Shown in pieces: positions 15,101 to 26,518 of a DNA stretch of 64,000 nucleotides. Position 1 is the stretch's first letter, and every line of letters begins with the position of its first letter. Under the pieces are notes generated by a model. It was not told where the DNA came from, did not search any database, and worked only from the letters and a program-made list of their open reading frames with translations. The stretch is from Thalia democratica. Taxonomy: Eukaryota. The translations under genes were made by a program, and so were the position numbers. The stretch spans positions 6,696,001-6,760,000 of the forward strand of contig OZ241830.1 in the NCBI GenBank assembly GCA_965202585.1. The letters run 5' to 3'.

Positions 15101-16071
15101 CGAATTCCAGGTTTTTTGGTGACCCTGTATAAACATAAAAGCACGAAATAAATTTATTAAAATAAGCAAAACATATGCCTTAAAATTGAAAAAAAAAATT
15201 ATGACTAATTTGCGTAACAGAAAAAGTTGCATAAGTTACAATTAAAAATATAATTTTAGATACTAAGTAAAGGTATTTCAAAAAACACAATAAAAGGTAA
15301 TGTTTAACAAAATTCAAGCTTATTATGCATTTAAAAAAACATTTGATAAAATTTATTAGTATTATGCATATATTAATAAATATTAAAAAAGTGTTTCTAA
15401 TAAATTTTAATTATTTTTCGAAAACATAGGTTTAACAAATATTTTTTGGATACATTTGCCTTATGCAGGGTTGCCAAACGTTTTTGGAAAATTTCCTCCA
15501 GGTTTTAAAAGGTAATCATTTTTGGGTCTAATTTAGTTTATTTAGTTTAAAGTTAACTTTGAGGTAAGAAACTGTGTTAAATAGTAAAACACTGAAAAAA
15601 TACTCGTAAGCTACTTTAAATGTGTTTTCTAATAACAATATTTTTGATCTATATGGTAGATTTATTGAGTCAAATTGAAACTTTTCTACTTAAGATATCA
15701 ACATTTTTGAAAATTATTTTTCCATTTTTTTTTTTAATTTCTCAAATTCCAGGTTTTTCCAGGTTTTAAGGTTTTTTGTAAACCCTGATTATGTGATAAA
15801 CTTTATTTGCTATTAAATAATCTAATGGTTTTATAGCAAGTACTTACTAATCTATGTAAAATACTAAACTAAAAATATTATTTTGTTGTTTTATTTAAAC
15901 AAAAATTATTTAGTTTTTCAAAAGTATAAAACTTTTTTTTACACTCAGTTTTTAATAAAAGAGGTTATGTAATTGCCATTATTTTTTAAAACAAGTGAAA
16001 CTAACTCTGGGTTTTTGAGGAGTTGCAGCTTTTTTTTCAACTGCGATTTTATCTTTCAAACTTTTGAACAT
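137..16071 (-). CDS. GOLGA4: Golgin subfamily A member 4 (golgin-245)-like coiled-coil protein; 5' part of the gene, continues beyond the left edge
   Basis: Hand-assembled 18 coding exons, all GT-AG and phase-compatible: 16071-16006, 14463-14415, 13536-13490, 11282-11225, 10218-10085, 8799-8710, 6833-6745, 6286-6139, 5469-5371, 4985-4863, 4616-4470, 3933-3859, 3645-3382, 2532-2419, 2158-2048, 1281-1057, 661-497, 259-137 (709 codons). N-terminus MFKSLKDKI resembles golgin-245 MFKKLKQKI. KDQLIEKILQNEKTMAKYRTRY and SKMHLEEEMTATIEEKDQYIDVLQTQ match recalled human GOLGA4 segments KEQLIQRLRRMERSLSSYRGKY and AKKHLQEEFDASLEEKDQYISVLQTQ. The GRIP domain is not in the window. Confidence 0.85.
8178..8745. 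repeat. 77-bp tandem minisatellite (~8 units) built from the 3' end of a GOLGA4 exon plus its splice donor
   Basis: The tgttgagt anchor falls at 8178, 8341, 8418, 8495, 8572, 8649 and 8726, with a degenerate copy at 8255. The last unit overlaps coding exon 8799-8710. Confidence 0.9.
8983..9215. mobile_element. hAT-like MITE with 8-bp TSD
   Basis: Termini catgatttcccaa / ttgggtaaccctg; flanks ccataaac (8975-8982) and tcataaac (9216-9223), 7/8 identical. Confidence 0.7.
10370..11220. repeat. Old ~430-bp tandem duplication in a GOLGA4 intron
   Basis: Collinear shared blocks, e.g. ataattaaaagtgttgta, aaggtaaacctta, aaatatgtaaaacttt, aaagatttaaaa, ttttgaaaacaa, recur ~430 bp apart. Confidence 0.8.
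12419..12556. repeat. Short inverted repeat (possible MITE remnant)
   Basis: ctgttatcgcatc versus gatgcgatgacag (12/13 complementary), with further partial pairing inside. Confidence 0.4.
13769..13958. mobile_element. Small inverted-repeat element with subterminal repeats and a telomere-like core
   Basis: caaaatccacc (13780-13790) versus ggtggattttg (13920-13930); a second subrepeat tcaaaattcac / gtgaactttga; internal gggtaagggttaggggtaa. Confidence 0.5.
14761..15127. mobile_element. MITE family with CAGGGTTGCCA-type TIR, copy 1
   Basis: Starts caggttgtca and ends ggtgaccctg; internal ccaggtttt subrepeats and a ctactttaaatgt-like core are shared with the copies at 15466, 19757 and 60449. 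No clear TSD. Confidence 0.7.
15466..15787. mobile_element. MITE family with CAGGGTTGCCA-type TIR, copy 2
   Basis: cagggttgccaaac ... tgtaaaccctg; same internal sequence as the other copies. Confidence 0.75.
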
Positions 16072-16162
16072 TCTCAAATTTATTTAACATTATCTGCAAT
16101 AATATAATCCTACCACTTAAAATAAAACACATCAAAATGATTAACGCACAAAAGGTAAATCA

Positions 16163-16169
16163 TGATTGG
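16163..16169 (-). promoter_or_regulatory. Possible CCAAT box upstream of GOLGA4
   Basis: CCAATCA on the minus strand ~95 nt upstream of the ATG; motif match only. Confidence 0.25.
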
Positions 16170-17034
16170 TAAATTTAAATTACCGAGCACAACAACAGAA
16201 ACAGCATAAAACATTTCAAACTTTTGTGTACTAGTTTTTAAGCAAATAATTATCTTTTTTTTCTAATTGAAGACAGTGGTGATTAACTTAAACTTTGAGC
16301 ATAAAACTGAAAAAAATTTCAAACAGTTGTACTTTTTTATTAAAAGTATAAACTCAAACATTGTTGCTAAAAGTAAAATGACTTTTGAAACTTAAAATTT
16401 TGAGAAAGAACTCTAAAGTAAATGGCCACTAGCTAAAACAGTTTGAATAAAAGCATGTGTACAAATTGAAAAATATATATTTTTAACAATTACCCTTTAT
16501 AAAACGTTAGACTTGTAAAAACATGTAGATCAAAAGTTAACACCTAAAAACAAGATTCATTTTTCTTTATTAAGTATAAATTAACAATAATTAAAATTAA
16601 ACCATGAAGCTTTCAACACTATTGTTTTTTTATCAGTAGTTATTCAGTAGCAGTAGGTTTAAGTTATTCACGGCTTTTTTGTTTTAACTATTTTGATTTT
16701 ATAAAAATGCATAGAAGTATACTTAAAAATGTTTAGTCATCAGTGCAAAACAAAGTCATAAATAATCAAGCAAACTCAGTTATGTTGCTATATAAATCAA
16801 GCATAATTTGATTAGGTTTTATTTAAATTAATTAAAATGATACCCTACTCTAGAGAAACAATTAAAAAGTTTTAAAGATTTTACAGTACATGTGTAAATT
16901 TTTTGAATCCAAACACAAAACTGAACACATCAGACAAAAAAAAAAACATGTGTGCAAAATACAAACTTCAATTAAAAAAAAAGTTTCATTAATTCTAAAA
17001 AGTCTTATTCTATCTAACAAAAAGTACTTTGTGT

Positions 17035-17697
17035 TCACATCGGCAGTCTGGGCTGACTGAACAGTCGCAACCTAGGAGGGCCCTGGACCATTATCATGGG
17101 CCTCATTTGCATATTTGGGGCCAGGTGCGTCCTGGCAGGCAGGTTCAGCATCTGGGGCCTGAAAATGAAGGGGGACTGCTGAGGCATCCTGATTATCTGA
17201 GGTTGCCTGGTAACCATCCTGATGTTCGGAGCTTTCAGGACCTGAGGTGGTTGTCTGGTGGTTGTCAAGATGTGGGGCCTGGTTGTCAGTATTTGTGGTC
17301 TTGTGGACAGCAACTGCGTCCTGGTGGTTAGCAACTGGGTGGCGTTGGTGACCACTTGGGCCGGTTGGGAGCTGATTATCGTGGGTTGGGATGAAGCAAC
17401 AAACTGCTGTGTTGTCACGACAACCCTTTTCTTTTTTGGCGGAGGTTCGGGTTTCTTGCTGCTGCCGCACACAGGCTGTGAGGTCAGTCCGGGCACGTAA
17501 GTGTTGTCCAAAACCTGCCCTTTCTCAAAAGCCCGCGTGGTCTTGTTGACCATCTCCTGGGCCTGCTCTTCCACCCACTGCTGGTAGTACAACCTGACGT
17601 TGTCACGGTGCCTCCTTCCCCCGCAGTGCGTCTTCCTGACGGAGGGCGAGTCGTGAGTGAGGTAGGTGTCGCAGTAGTCGCAGAAATATTTTGGCAT
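17035..17697 (-). CDS. SNRPC: U1 small nuclear ribonucleoprotein C (U1-C), single coding exon, 220 aa
   Basis: N-terminal matrin-type zinc finger [41 protein letters not shown] is nearly identical to the canonical U1-C start. C-terminus is Pro/Met/Gln-rich; codons are GC-rich. Confidence 0.97.
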   Translation of the reverse strand: MPKYFCDYCDTYLTHDSPSVRKTHCGGRRHRDNVRLYYQQWVEEQAQEMVNKTTRAFEKGQVLDNTYVPGLTSQPVCGSSKKPEPPPKKKRVVVTTQQFVASSQPTIISSQPAQVVTNATQLLTTRTQLLSTRPQILTTRPHILTTTRQPPQVLKAPNIRMVTRQPQIIRMPQQSPFIFRPQMLNLPARTHLAPNMQMRPMIMVQGPPRLRLFSQPRLPM

Positions 17698-19756
17698 TTT
17701 ACTTTTCTGAAAATTTGTTTTTTGTTATTTTTTGTTAAACTGTGAGAAAAAAAAAACATTTATAATTGATTGTCATGAAGTATTTTTTAGAGTTTCTGAA
17801 GTAATAAAACCTTTTTTTTTTGTATAAATCTTTGTTTAGAAAAGTTGTATAAAAGTTTTATAATAAACAACTTTAATTTATTTACACCTATTTTATAATC
17901 TTGAAAAATAACATTTTAATACTACTGAAATACACCTGTGCTTCAAAAAATCTTAAATAAAAGTTCAATAACTTTAGCATTTAACTTGAGAGAAAATAAA
18001 ACTATTTAAAGTAACAATAGTTTTCTTGCAGAACCAATATTTTATTTAGCTTGCTTACCAAGTTAGTAAATTTAGTTAATAAAGGTCTAAGAAGTTGGAT
18101 TTAGACTCAGCCTTTATACTGGTTTTTCTCCAAATGAGCTCAGTAGTATGTTTTATAGTAAAAAGAAAACTTGATTGAAGTGTAATAAAAAATTCTTAAT
18201 GTTGTTTTAAACTAGATCAGGGCTGTCATTCTTTGAGGCAAAATAGCCAAGCCAATAAGCATAAAGCTAGCCTGAGCCCTCCTGAGTTAAATTTAATTTA
18301 GAGCAAAACGCAAAAAAAAAAAGATAAATAAATTTATAAAAACTATTCTTATAAACAACTTGAAACAATTAAAAACTAGTCTAAGTTTCAAGAAAGTTTT
18401 CAATTAGTCTGAGTTGTCTGTGTGTTTGTCTGATACTCCTGAAAAGTCACAGTGTGTATCATTTAACAAACTGTAAAAATTTTAAAAGTAACTCACTCAA
18501 ATTTCAACAATACTTTCTATATTTTTATTCTAAAAACTTTTGTTACTATTCATAAAAATTCTTATACAATTTTTTCTATTAGTTTATAAAACTATAGAAT
18601 TGCTTTGAAATGATTAACTTTTATATGATAATTTCTTCTCAATTTTTTAATGTGTTTTAGTATTAAACCTAAGTACTGCTTACTTATGCTTAACTGAAAT
18701 CTGTATAGTTTTTTTGTTTTATAAATTTATTTAAATAGTATGTTTTGAAATAGATATGTTTTGAATTTGACTATTGTGTCGAAAACTGCTTAATTCTTTT
18801 ATAATTTAAGCTAAAATTCTTATTTTACTAAACTAGGGCCTCTGTTTGATTAAAAATCATTAATATAAAAAGATTCTTTAAGTTTTAAAAGTACCAGTTC
18901 CTAGATTGATTAAAGATTTTAATTTAGAAATTTAAAATTGTATTTTAATACAAAAAACTGAATGAAAACTAAAAATGTAAGGTTTGATTACATCAAACAA
19001 ATTACTGAATTGTTATCATTAGACAAGTATACTTTTAGTCATTATTATTACAGACATTAAGTTTACAGTGTAAGTAACTCAGGAGTCTGAGAGTTTCTAA
19101 TTTCCTGAATTGTAAAACAAATTTCTCAACCTGTCTTTTCTATAGCAGATATTTTTTAAACATAATTAAGTGCATAGCAGTAAAAATGAATAACTATAAC
19201 AAAACTTAAATATAACTAAATTTTTCCAACTGGTAATCAATTCATTTCTCAAGAACAAATTTGTTTGAGTAAAAAAAACTATAAGGTTGTTTCATGAACT
19301 TTAAAAAAAAAATGCCAACAACTTTAGTCATTGCTAATGGCTTTTTATAACTTGGTTCTTATAGATATCTTGCACTTGTTTACAAAAACATTTTCATAAT
19401 GTTTTTTTAAAACATATCATTCCAAAAAGGTGAACTATGACTGTGAGTGTGTTTTTTCAACTAGCAATAAATTATATATTTTATTCATAATAAAAATGCA
19501 CCCATTTGATGACCATTTTGTTTTTCATAAATTGATACAATCTACACTTTATTATTAGTTTATAGTAAATCATTAAAGCATTATAAGAAGGATTAATTAC
19601 AAAAAGTTAAAAATTAACAATTAAATTAAAAATCATCACATTGACCTATTTATCAGCATAATTTTTCTTAAAACTCATTAAATAAATTTATTCAGCAACA
19701 ATAACAATTTGATTCAAAAAGCATGCATTTAAAATGTAGATCAGCAAAGCTTAAAG

Positions 19757-20078
19757 CAGGTTTGCCAAAGATTTTTTGAAAAAAAACAGGTTTTCTAAAT
19801 TTCTTCCAGGTTTTGAAAGTACAAGTTTATTAGTCCAATTTTAGTATAAATTAAATTTAAAGTTATAAATTTATTTGCTACTTTAAATGCGTTTTATAGT
19901 GAAAAAATTCTAAACAATACAAATTTTTTGTACATGATAGATTTTTCTTATCTAGTCTTAATTTCTGTTATTCTACATGCAAAATTTATTTAAAATTCCA
20001 GGTTTTTCCAGGTATTTTTGCCTAAATTGTCAAAATCCAGGTAGTTCTAGGTTTTTCCAGCTTTTTTTGGCAATTCTG
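19757..20078. mobile_element. MITE family with CAGGGTTGCCA-type TIR, copy 3
   Basis: caggtttgccaaag ... ttggcaattctg; same ccaggttttt subrepeats. Confidence 0.7.
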
Positions 20079-21852
20079 TTAAAAGTATCAATTTAAATTA
20101 GGAAATGTTTTTAGTTTACTTATAGCAAGGAATTTTGGGTAGCAGTTCAGGCTTGTAGGCCAAATCAAAAGGAAATAGTATTTTGGTGGAGAAGTTAATT
20201 AATGTTAGTGAAAAATATTGATTCTTACTCTTCCCTATTCAAGATAAATGTTGTGCTGATTTCAAACTTTCATCATTTCATGATATTTAAGTAATTTCAC
20301 TTTTTATTTTTTGATGTTTTTACTTAAAGTATCTGTATAGGAGTAAATTTGTGATGAAATAAAAAAACACATACAGCACTGTTAACTCACAAGAGAAACA
20401 TAAGCATATTTGTTATTTTTCATTAGAAAACTTAAAGTTGCTCATTTTACATTAGTTGTATTTAAGCTAAAAAGCACCTCACAGACCAAAAATTTTTGCA
20501 GAAAAAACAAAGTTTGAAAAACCCGACTTATAGCTTTAAAATAAAATTATTAAGATGATTTTTTTGTAATTTTTAAAGACTGGTGAACTTGAATATTGCA
20601 CATTTTTAATCATTAGAATTACATAAACTATAACTCCTTCAAATTTGTTATTTGGGAAATGCTTACAGCAAACCATACTACCAGTTTTACTTTTTGTTTA
20701 GGAAATAATTTTCAAGCATGTGGATTGCTTTAAAATGTAGAGGCGCTAAAAAACGTAACTACTTTAAATTTTATATACTTTTCTTTTTTCTTAAAGCGAT
20801 AGTGTAGTAGTGCTGAAGTTTTTTAGTTTTAAAATTGAAAACAAACGATCGAAAAAAAAATACTTGTTAGATAGGTTAAGAAAAAATAGCGGTATGTTTA
20901 AAAAATAAACTTCGAAAGTAAACTTAAACAATATATTATTTAACAACTAATTTATTAGCTATGAATTTTGAAAACTTAGGAGTGTATTAAAATTTTAAAA
21001 TATTTTAAAATTTTAATTATTTTAAAGAAAAAATTGTAATTTTTTTTTTCAAAACACCAGTATATTTTCATCAGTTTAATAACAGTAGCAAACAAATAGG
21101 TATAATGCTGTCTAAACAGTATTTTAATAGGCTTTAAGACAGTTATTAAATATTAACATATTCATTTTTTACCAAATTATGTGTTTTCTAAACAACTTAA
21201 TGTGATTTTTCTAGTGATGTTGGTTTGATTTTCTTGTTGGTGAACATTTGCATGGGGGTTTGAGCTTCATGCTTTTCCCACACTTTTTGGTTTTTCGTTT
21301 TGAAATTTTAGCCTTGTGAGTAGGTGATCTCCAAATGGCGTGTCAACCAAAAGTTTTTTATAAATTTAAAATATAGATTTTTTTTTTGATAACTTAAATT
21401 AAACAATAATAAGGCAGGTAAAATTACATATGATGTAACACACTAGCTTTTCCCAAAAATAAAACGTTTAACGTTGCAAGGGGTAGAATTTAAGACTAAT
21501 GTTTTTTTATTATCAAAAAATATTAATTTTGTTTTTAATGAATTTGAGAATATAATACAAAAAAGAACTTCTTTATAAATTTTTTTGTTTATGCTTTTAC
21601 TAGTACAAAATTTTAGAAAATAGTACGCTTGTAGTCGTAAAATTCATTAAAAAAATGCTTCCAAACATCAATAGTGTACTTTTATATTCTTTGAAAAAAA
21701 AGAGTTTTTTTTATTGAGTTATGTTTAACCAAACAAAATCCTTAACACAAAAAAAAAGAATTTTTTATTCTATCTTATTTTTGTTAGCTATGTTTGTTTT
21801 GTTTATTTTTTAAAATGTAGCTAATGACCTAGTTTAAGGAAATACTCTAGAC

Positions 21853-21970
21853 CAGACTTGGTAAAAGGTAAAGTTACAAGTGTTAAAAAGGCCCACGGCA
21901 ATAAGGTTTAATTAAATGAAGTAAGATTAAAATATTTTAATACTTTTAACATTACCTTTTACCAAATCTG
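21853..21970. mobile_element. hAT-like MITE (118 bp) with 8-bp TSD
   Basis: TIR cagacttggtaaaaggtaa / ttaccttttaccaaatctg; flanks ctctagac and ctctagga, resembling the NTCTAGAN target typical of hAT-Charlie elements. Confidence 0.75.
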
Positions 21971-24900
21971 CTCTAGGATTTCAATTTGGTTCAATAAAAA
22001 CAGCCTCTGTAAATAAAAGTGATGTGTCTGTTGTTAAGGATAAATAATTTAATGTATCTATGAAAAATTAAATAAAAGGTAATAAAAGTAAAATCAACCT
22101 TTACGACAGTTGCTTTTGTAGTATAGTCAAACAAAAGCTATTTTGTAAGACTATAATACCCCTAGTAGAGGACAAATTGCTGAAGCTAAAACAATTTTAT
22201 TTTACTATCTTCTACTTTTAAACTCAAACACGCTTTTATAATATAACAACCCTTATTAAGTTTAGTACACTAGATACAGTTTAATTTTTTCGCCTTCCAC
22301 TTAGGTGGAAAACGGTTTCACACCTCGAATAAAATTCAAGACTAGTGCCAACATCTTTTTCAAAACTTTTGATTACGGAGATGTGGTATCCTACATCTCT
22401 TAACTTTAAATAATTAAATAAAGTTTTGTTTTGGAATAAGAAATATCTTGATACAATTTTTTTTCTTCTAATACAGTTCTAGAATTTAATTATTTAGCCT
22501 CACAAGTCTACCATTCAACTTTTTCACTTAGATTTAAGTTTTACTAATTTAAAGTATATAGTTTTTAATTAGGTGTTGCTTAACTCTAACAAAATGATAT
22601 TTATATTCGATATCTAATCGAATAATTTTCTTTTGAAATATACTAGTTACAAATTTTCAAAAGATTGTTAAAACATAATGTTTATTGTTTTGGCTTATAA
22701 CTAGCAAAGTTTCTTAGCTTTTTTTCAATAACCAACTTTTGAGTTATGAAAACTTTAACTACTATCCAAACTTGGTGTCGTTTATAATTGCAAAATGGTA
22801 AGGTAAAGTTTCGCAGATATAAAAAGTAAAATAGTTGGATTTTTAACAGTTTTTGTACCTTCATTTTATCATAGTTTTAAATATCAATTTAAATCTTGAG
22901 ACTTTGTAAGCTTAAAGTCAAAGAATTAACTGAAAGCTAGTTGACTTTATTGCTTTTATACTTTTATCAAATAAAAAAGGTGTACTTATGACAATGATAA
23001 ACAAATGTTAAGGAGTAACAAAAGCGTTTGATTTATAAAATTAAGTGAGAAATTCTTAGAAAAAATACTATATGTTCAGTATACTAACTTGAAAATTAAA
23101 TGCTTTACTTACTTTTGACAAAAAAAATCTTTTTTTCCGAGGAAACTCGACATTTTAACATAAAAATAAATGGAATAAAATATGTATTGCAGGTCAATTT
23201 GTTTAACTTAGTAAAAGAAAAAGTTAGTTAGAGACATTATTGACACAATAATTCTACATAACTTGCGAAAGTTTGTAAATATAAAAGTATATTTTAACAA
23301 ATAAACTAACTAACTTAATGTTAGCCTTTACAATTAAATAAAAAAAATAAAACAAATATAACATTATATTTTTTAAGCTCTTACATATTGAAGGCTTATA
23401 ACTTTTTTTTTATATAATCTTAAAAAAAGCAAACAAAAAATCAAAGCAGTAGTTAGTATAACTACTGGTTATAACCATACCTATATTTTTTTACTTAGCT
23501 TATTAAGCCTTTATACTCCTTTTTTAAGAGTTGAATGCTTAAGTAGATAAATAGAAATAAAAACATTTTAACTATTGTTTATTGAACGACAAAAAACTCT
23601 TAAAATATTTGGTTCTAGGACCTGGTAAACTATTTTTTCGGTTGTCGAGTAGTACACCACTTTGAAACATTTTACCTTCTTGTCCAGAATAAAAATATTT
23701 AAAATAAAAGGTTATCAAAAAAATTATAAGCTAAAACTTGAACCGAATTAAAACTTATAAAGATATTTTTAACCGTTTTAGCGATGAGTTCATTGATATA
23801 AATTCACTGTTAACAAACTTTTTGTATGTAATTGCGAATTACTTGCAAAAACATGTCTTTCTAAACTCTTTTTTACAATTTTCGAGTTACTTTTACTTTT
23901 TAGACTCCGTAGAACCGTGTTTTTACAGAAATTGTCAATAGTTTTGATAAATTACTTTAAAATAGTTTGTTTTATTTTATTCTAACTAAGTTATTTTTTC
24001 GGATATTTAAAAAAAGCATAGGTTGTAACTAATATTTTAAAAACTTTATTTTACACAAACTTAAAAGCTATTGATTCTAAATATTACGTTTTTTAAATAG
24101 AAACTTGAATAATAGTTCTTAAATTAAGTATGATTAGTATTAAAAAGTGTCTTAATATTTTAATAGTTTCGTTTTTACAGTTTAACAATTTTGTTTTTAT
24201 AGTTCTACTAGAATAAACTTATTTTAGTTATCTAGAGTAAAACAAAATTTAAATTTATTATTAAACTTTAAAACTATTCTAATAAAAATAAATCTATTAG
24301 TTGTTTTTCATATTAGTTTCAAAACTTCTTAAAAGTCCTGGTATAAAAGTTTTATGATAGTAATACAATTATGAAGTATTGTCCATTCAATAGCTTAAAC
24401 AAACTGAAATAACACTTCTACTTTGAACTAGTTTAAGCTTTTTCATAGCGATGTTGTGTCTTTAATTTTTAAATTGGTATTTACTTAAAAAGTTCTTTGT
24501 TTTATAGCTGAAACTAGATAACTACAAAAGAAACAAGTTCAAATGCAAAGTAAACAATTTCAAAACTAAACAGAGTAATTCAAATTTATTTAGAAGCTTT
24601 TTTATTATTACGTCACTATAAGCAGTTTCAAATTTGGAGATAACAATTCAGTTTTACTTCAGTTTAGATTGAAATTGTTGCTTATTATACAAACTTCTAA
24701 ATTAAATGTATTTGAAGTACAAAAGTAAAATAAAAACTTTCTGGATGGAAATAATTACTTAAAATGGATCAAGTAAACTTATAAAAGGTTTGTGAAAGTT
24801 GTTAACTGTATAAAATTGATTTTTTTTTTAAGTAAACATAAGAGAAATAGTCTACTTGTCTTAGTGTGTATTAGTTTAAGTATAAAACTAATACAAGTTA

Positions 24901-26518
24901 ACCAATAATTGTCTAACATAGTTTTTTATCAGTACAAAGTATAACTTTTGCAGTCAAGAGTTCAAAAATGGCGAGTACTTAGGTATTAACATAGTTTAAT
25001 TATAAATTTAATGTTATGTTAAAATTCTTTTACATTCAATTAAGTATAACATAATTAGTAATACTTTACACCCACATTTAGATCTTTTTTACTTATTTCG
25101 CAGCTTAGTTTTTACAAATTAAATGCTAACTTCTATTAGTTTTCAAAACTATTTTTAATAAAAGCAAGCTGAACACATAGACTCGCATATAAATTAAAGT
25201 GTTCGTCTGCTGCATTTCGTTCAAACCTATTTTAAACTTAACTTTTAAAATAAGAAAAAGTTTAGATCATCAATTTTTCTTAATGTAACCCAAATTGTAG
25301 ACATGCCCTAGATGTATAGCAATATGTGTAAGGTTTAATAAGTAAAAATTTAAATTTATTCAGTTAATCATAGTTAGCTTAAATGCATTTGAGTTTTGCA
25401 CCAATATTATTACATTTTTGCTTTTCAGAGAAAATAAAAGTTTAGCTTTCCTGTAAGTAACTATTATATTTTTTAAACTTTATTTCATATTCATTTGTAG
25501 ATAGATTATAAAATTTATTTTAATCAATACCATAATAAGTTTTCTGAAGTTCCAAATCAAGTTTATAGAGCTTGCCATTTATTCACTGATGCAACTATAA
25601 AATACAATAGATAAAGATGTTCATAATTTAAAGCTTATTGAAATTGATACCAAAATTTAGCGATCACAACAGCCTTGTACTTAAGTGTCTTAGACAAAAG
25701 CTCAATATTTTATTACTCTAGTTATAATTTTATCATTCTTAAAATAATATAGAAGTACTATTAGTAATACTTGTGCTTACATAAACATTTATACTTAAAC
25801 TGTTAATTTTAAGCATAATAAATGGTGAAGTAGTTTTGTAAGGCAAGGCTCCTACAGTTAAATTTCTTAGTTTGAAATTTTATTTATCAGAAAACTATGT
25901 TAATATTTTTTGCTATTGTTGACTCATGCTGTTGAAATCAATCTTAGGTCTTTTTAGTTAACTTATCAACGTCGATATAACACTGAACCCTACTAAATAT
26001 AGAAATACTTATTTTATACGTTTTTAAGCTGACTGGAACTATAGTTAGTTTATACTTTGGTATAAGTTATGTTGTCATAAATAATACCTGATACTGTAAG
26101 TAATAAAACAGAAATTTATTAAAGAATAAACAAGATTAGAAATAAAGGAAAAAATAAAATAAATTAAAATATACTAGAAAATCGTAGAGAAACAACAAAA
26201 GAAAACAACAAGGAACAAAATATAAACATTGAGTGCACACCATTAGGTAGTAATTAAATTTTAGATTATGGGCATTTCAACCTAATAAACTTTTTAATAA
26301 TTTGTTTAAATTCTATGTACTAATTGGCTTCTATTGATCAAATATAATTAGTCTGAACACTTTTCACATGAAAACTGTTTTAAAGAACAAGATTCACGTC
26401 AGAAATTAGAATAAATAGTTTTGTAATATTTTATATAGGATACATAAGATAAGATATTCCAAATAAAGTTGTGCACAGCTGGTTGAAGCATCTAAAAAAC
26501 TTCATAGCATTTTATAAA

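Noticed and set aside
17760-26470. Short 60-90-aa AT-rich ORFs here, in 44600-57500 and in introns
   Set aside because: Their F/L/I/K/N-rich composition is typical of random AT-rich DNA; they show no splice-compatible partners and no homology that I recognise.
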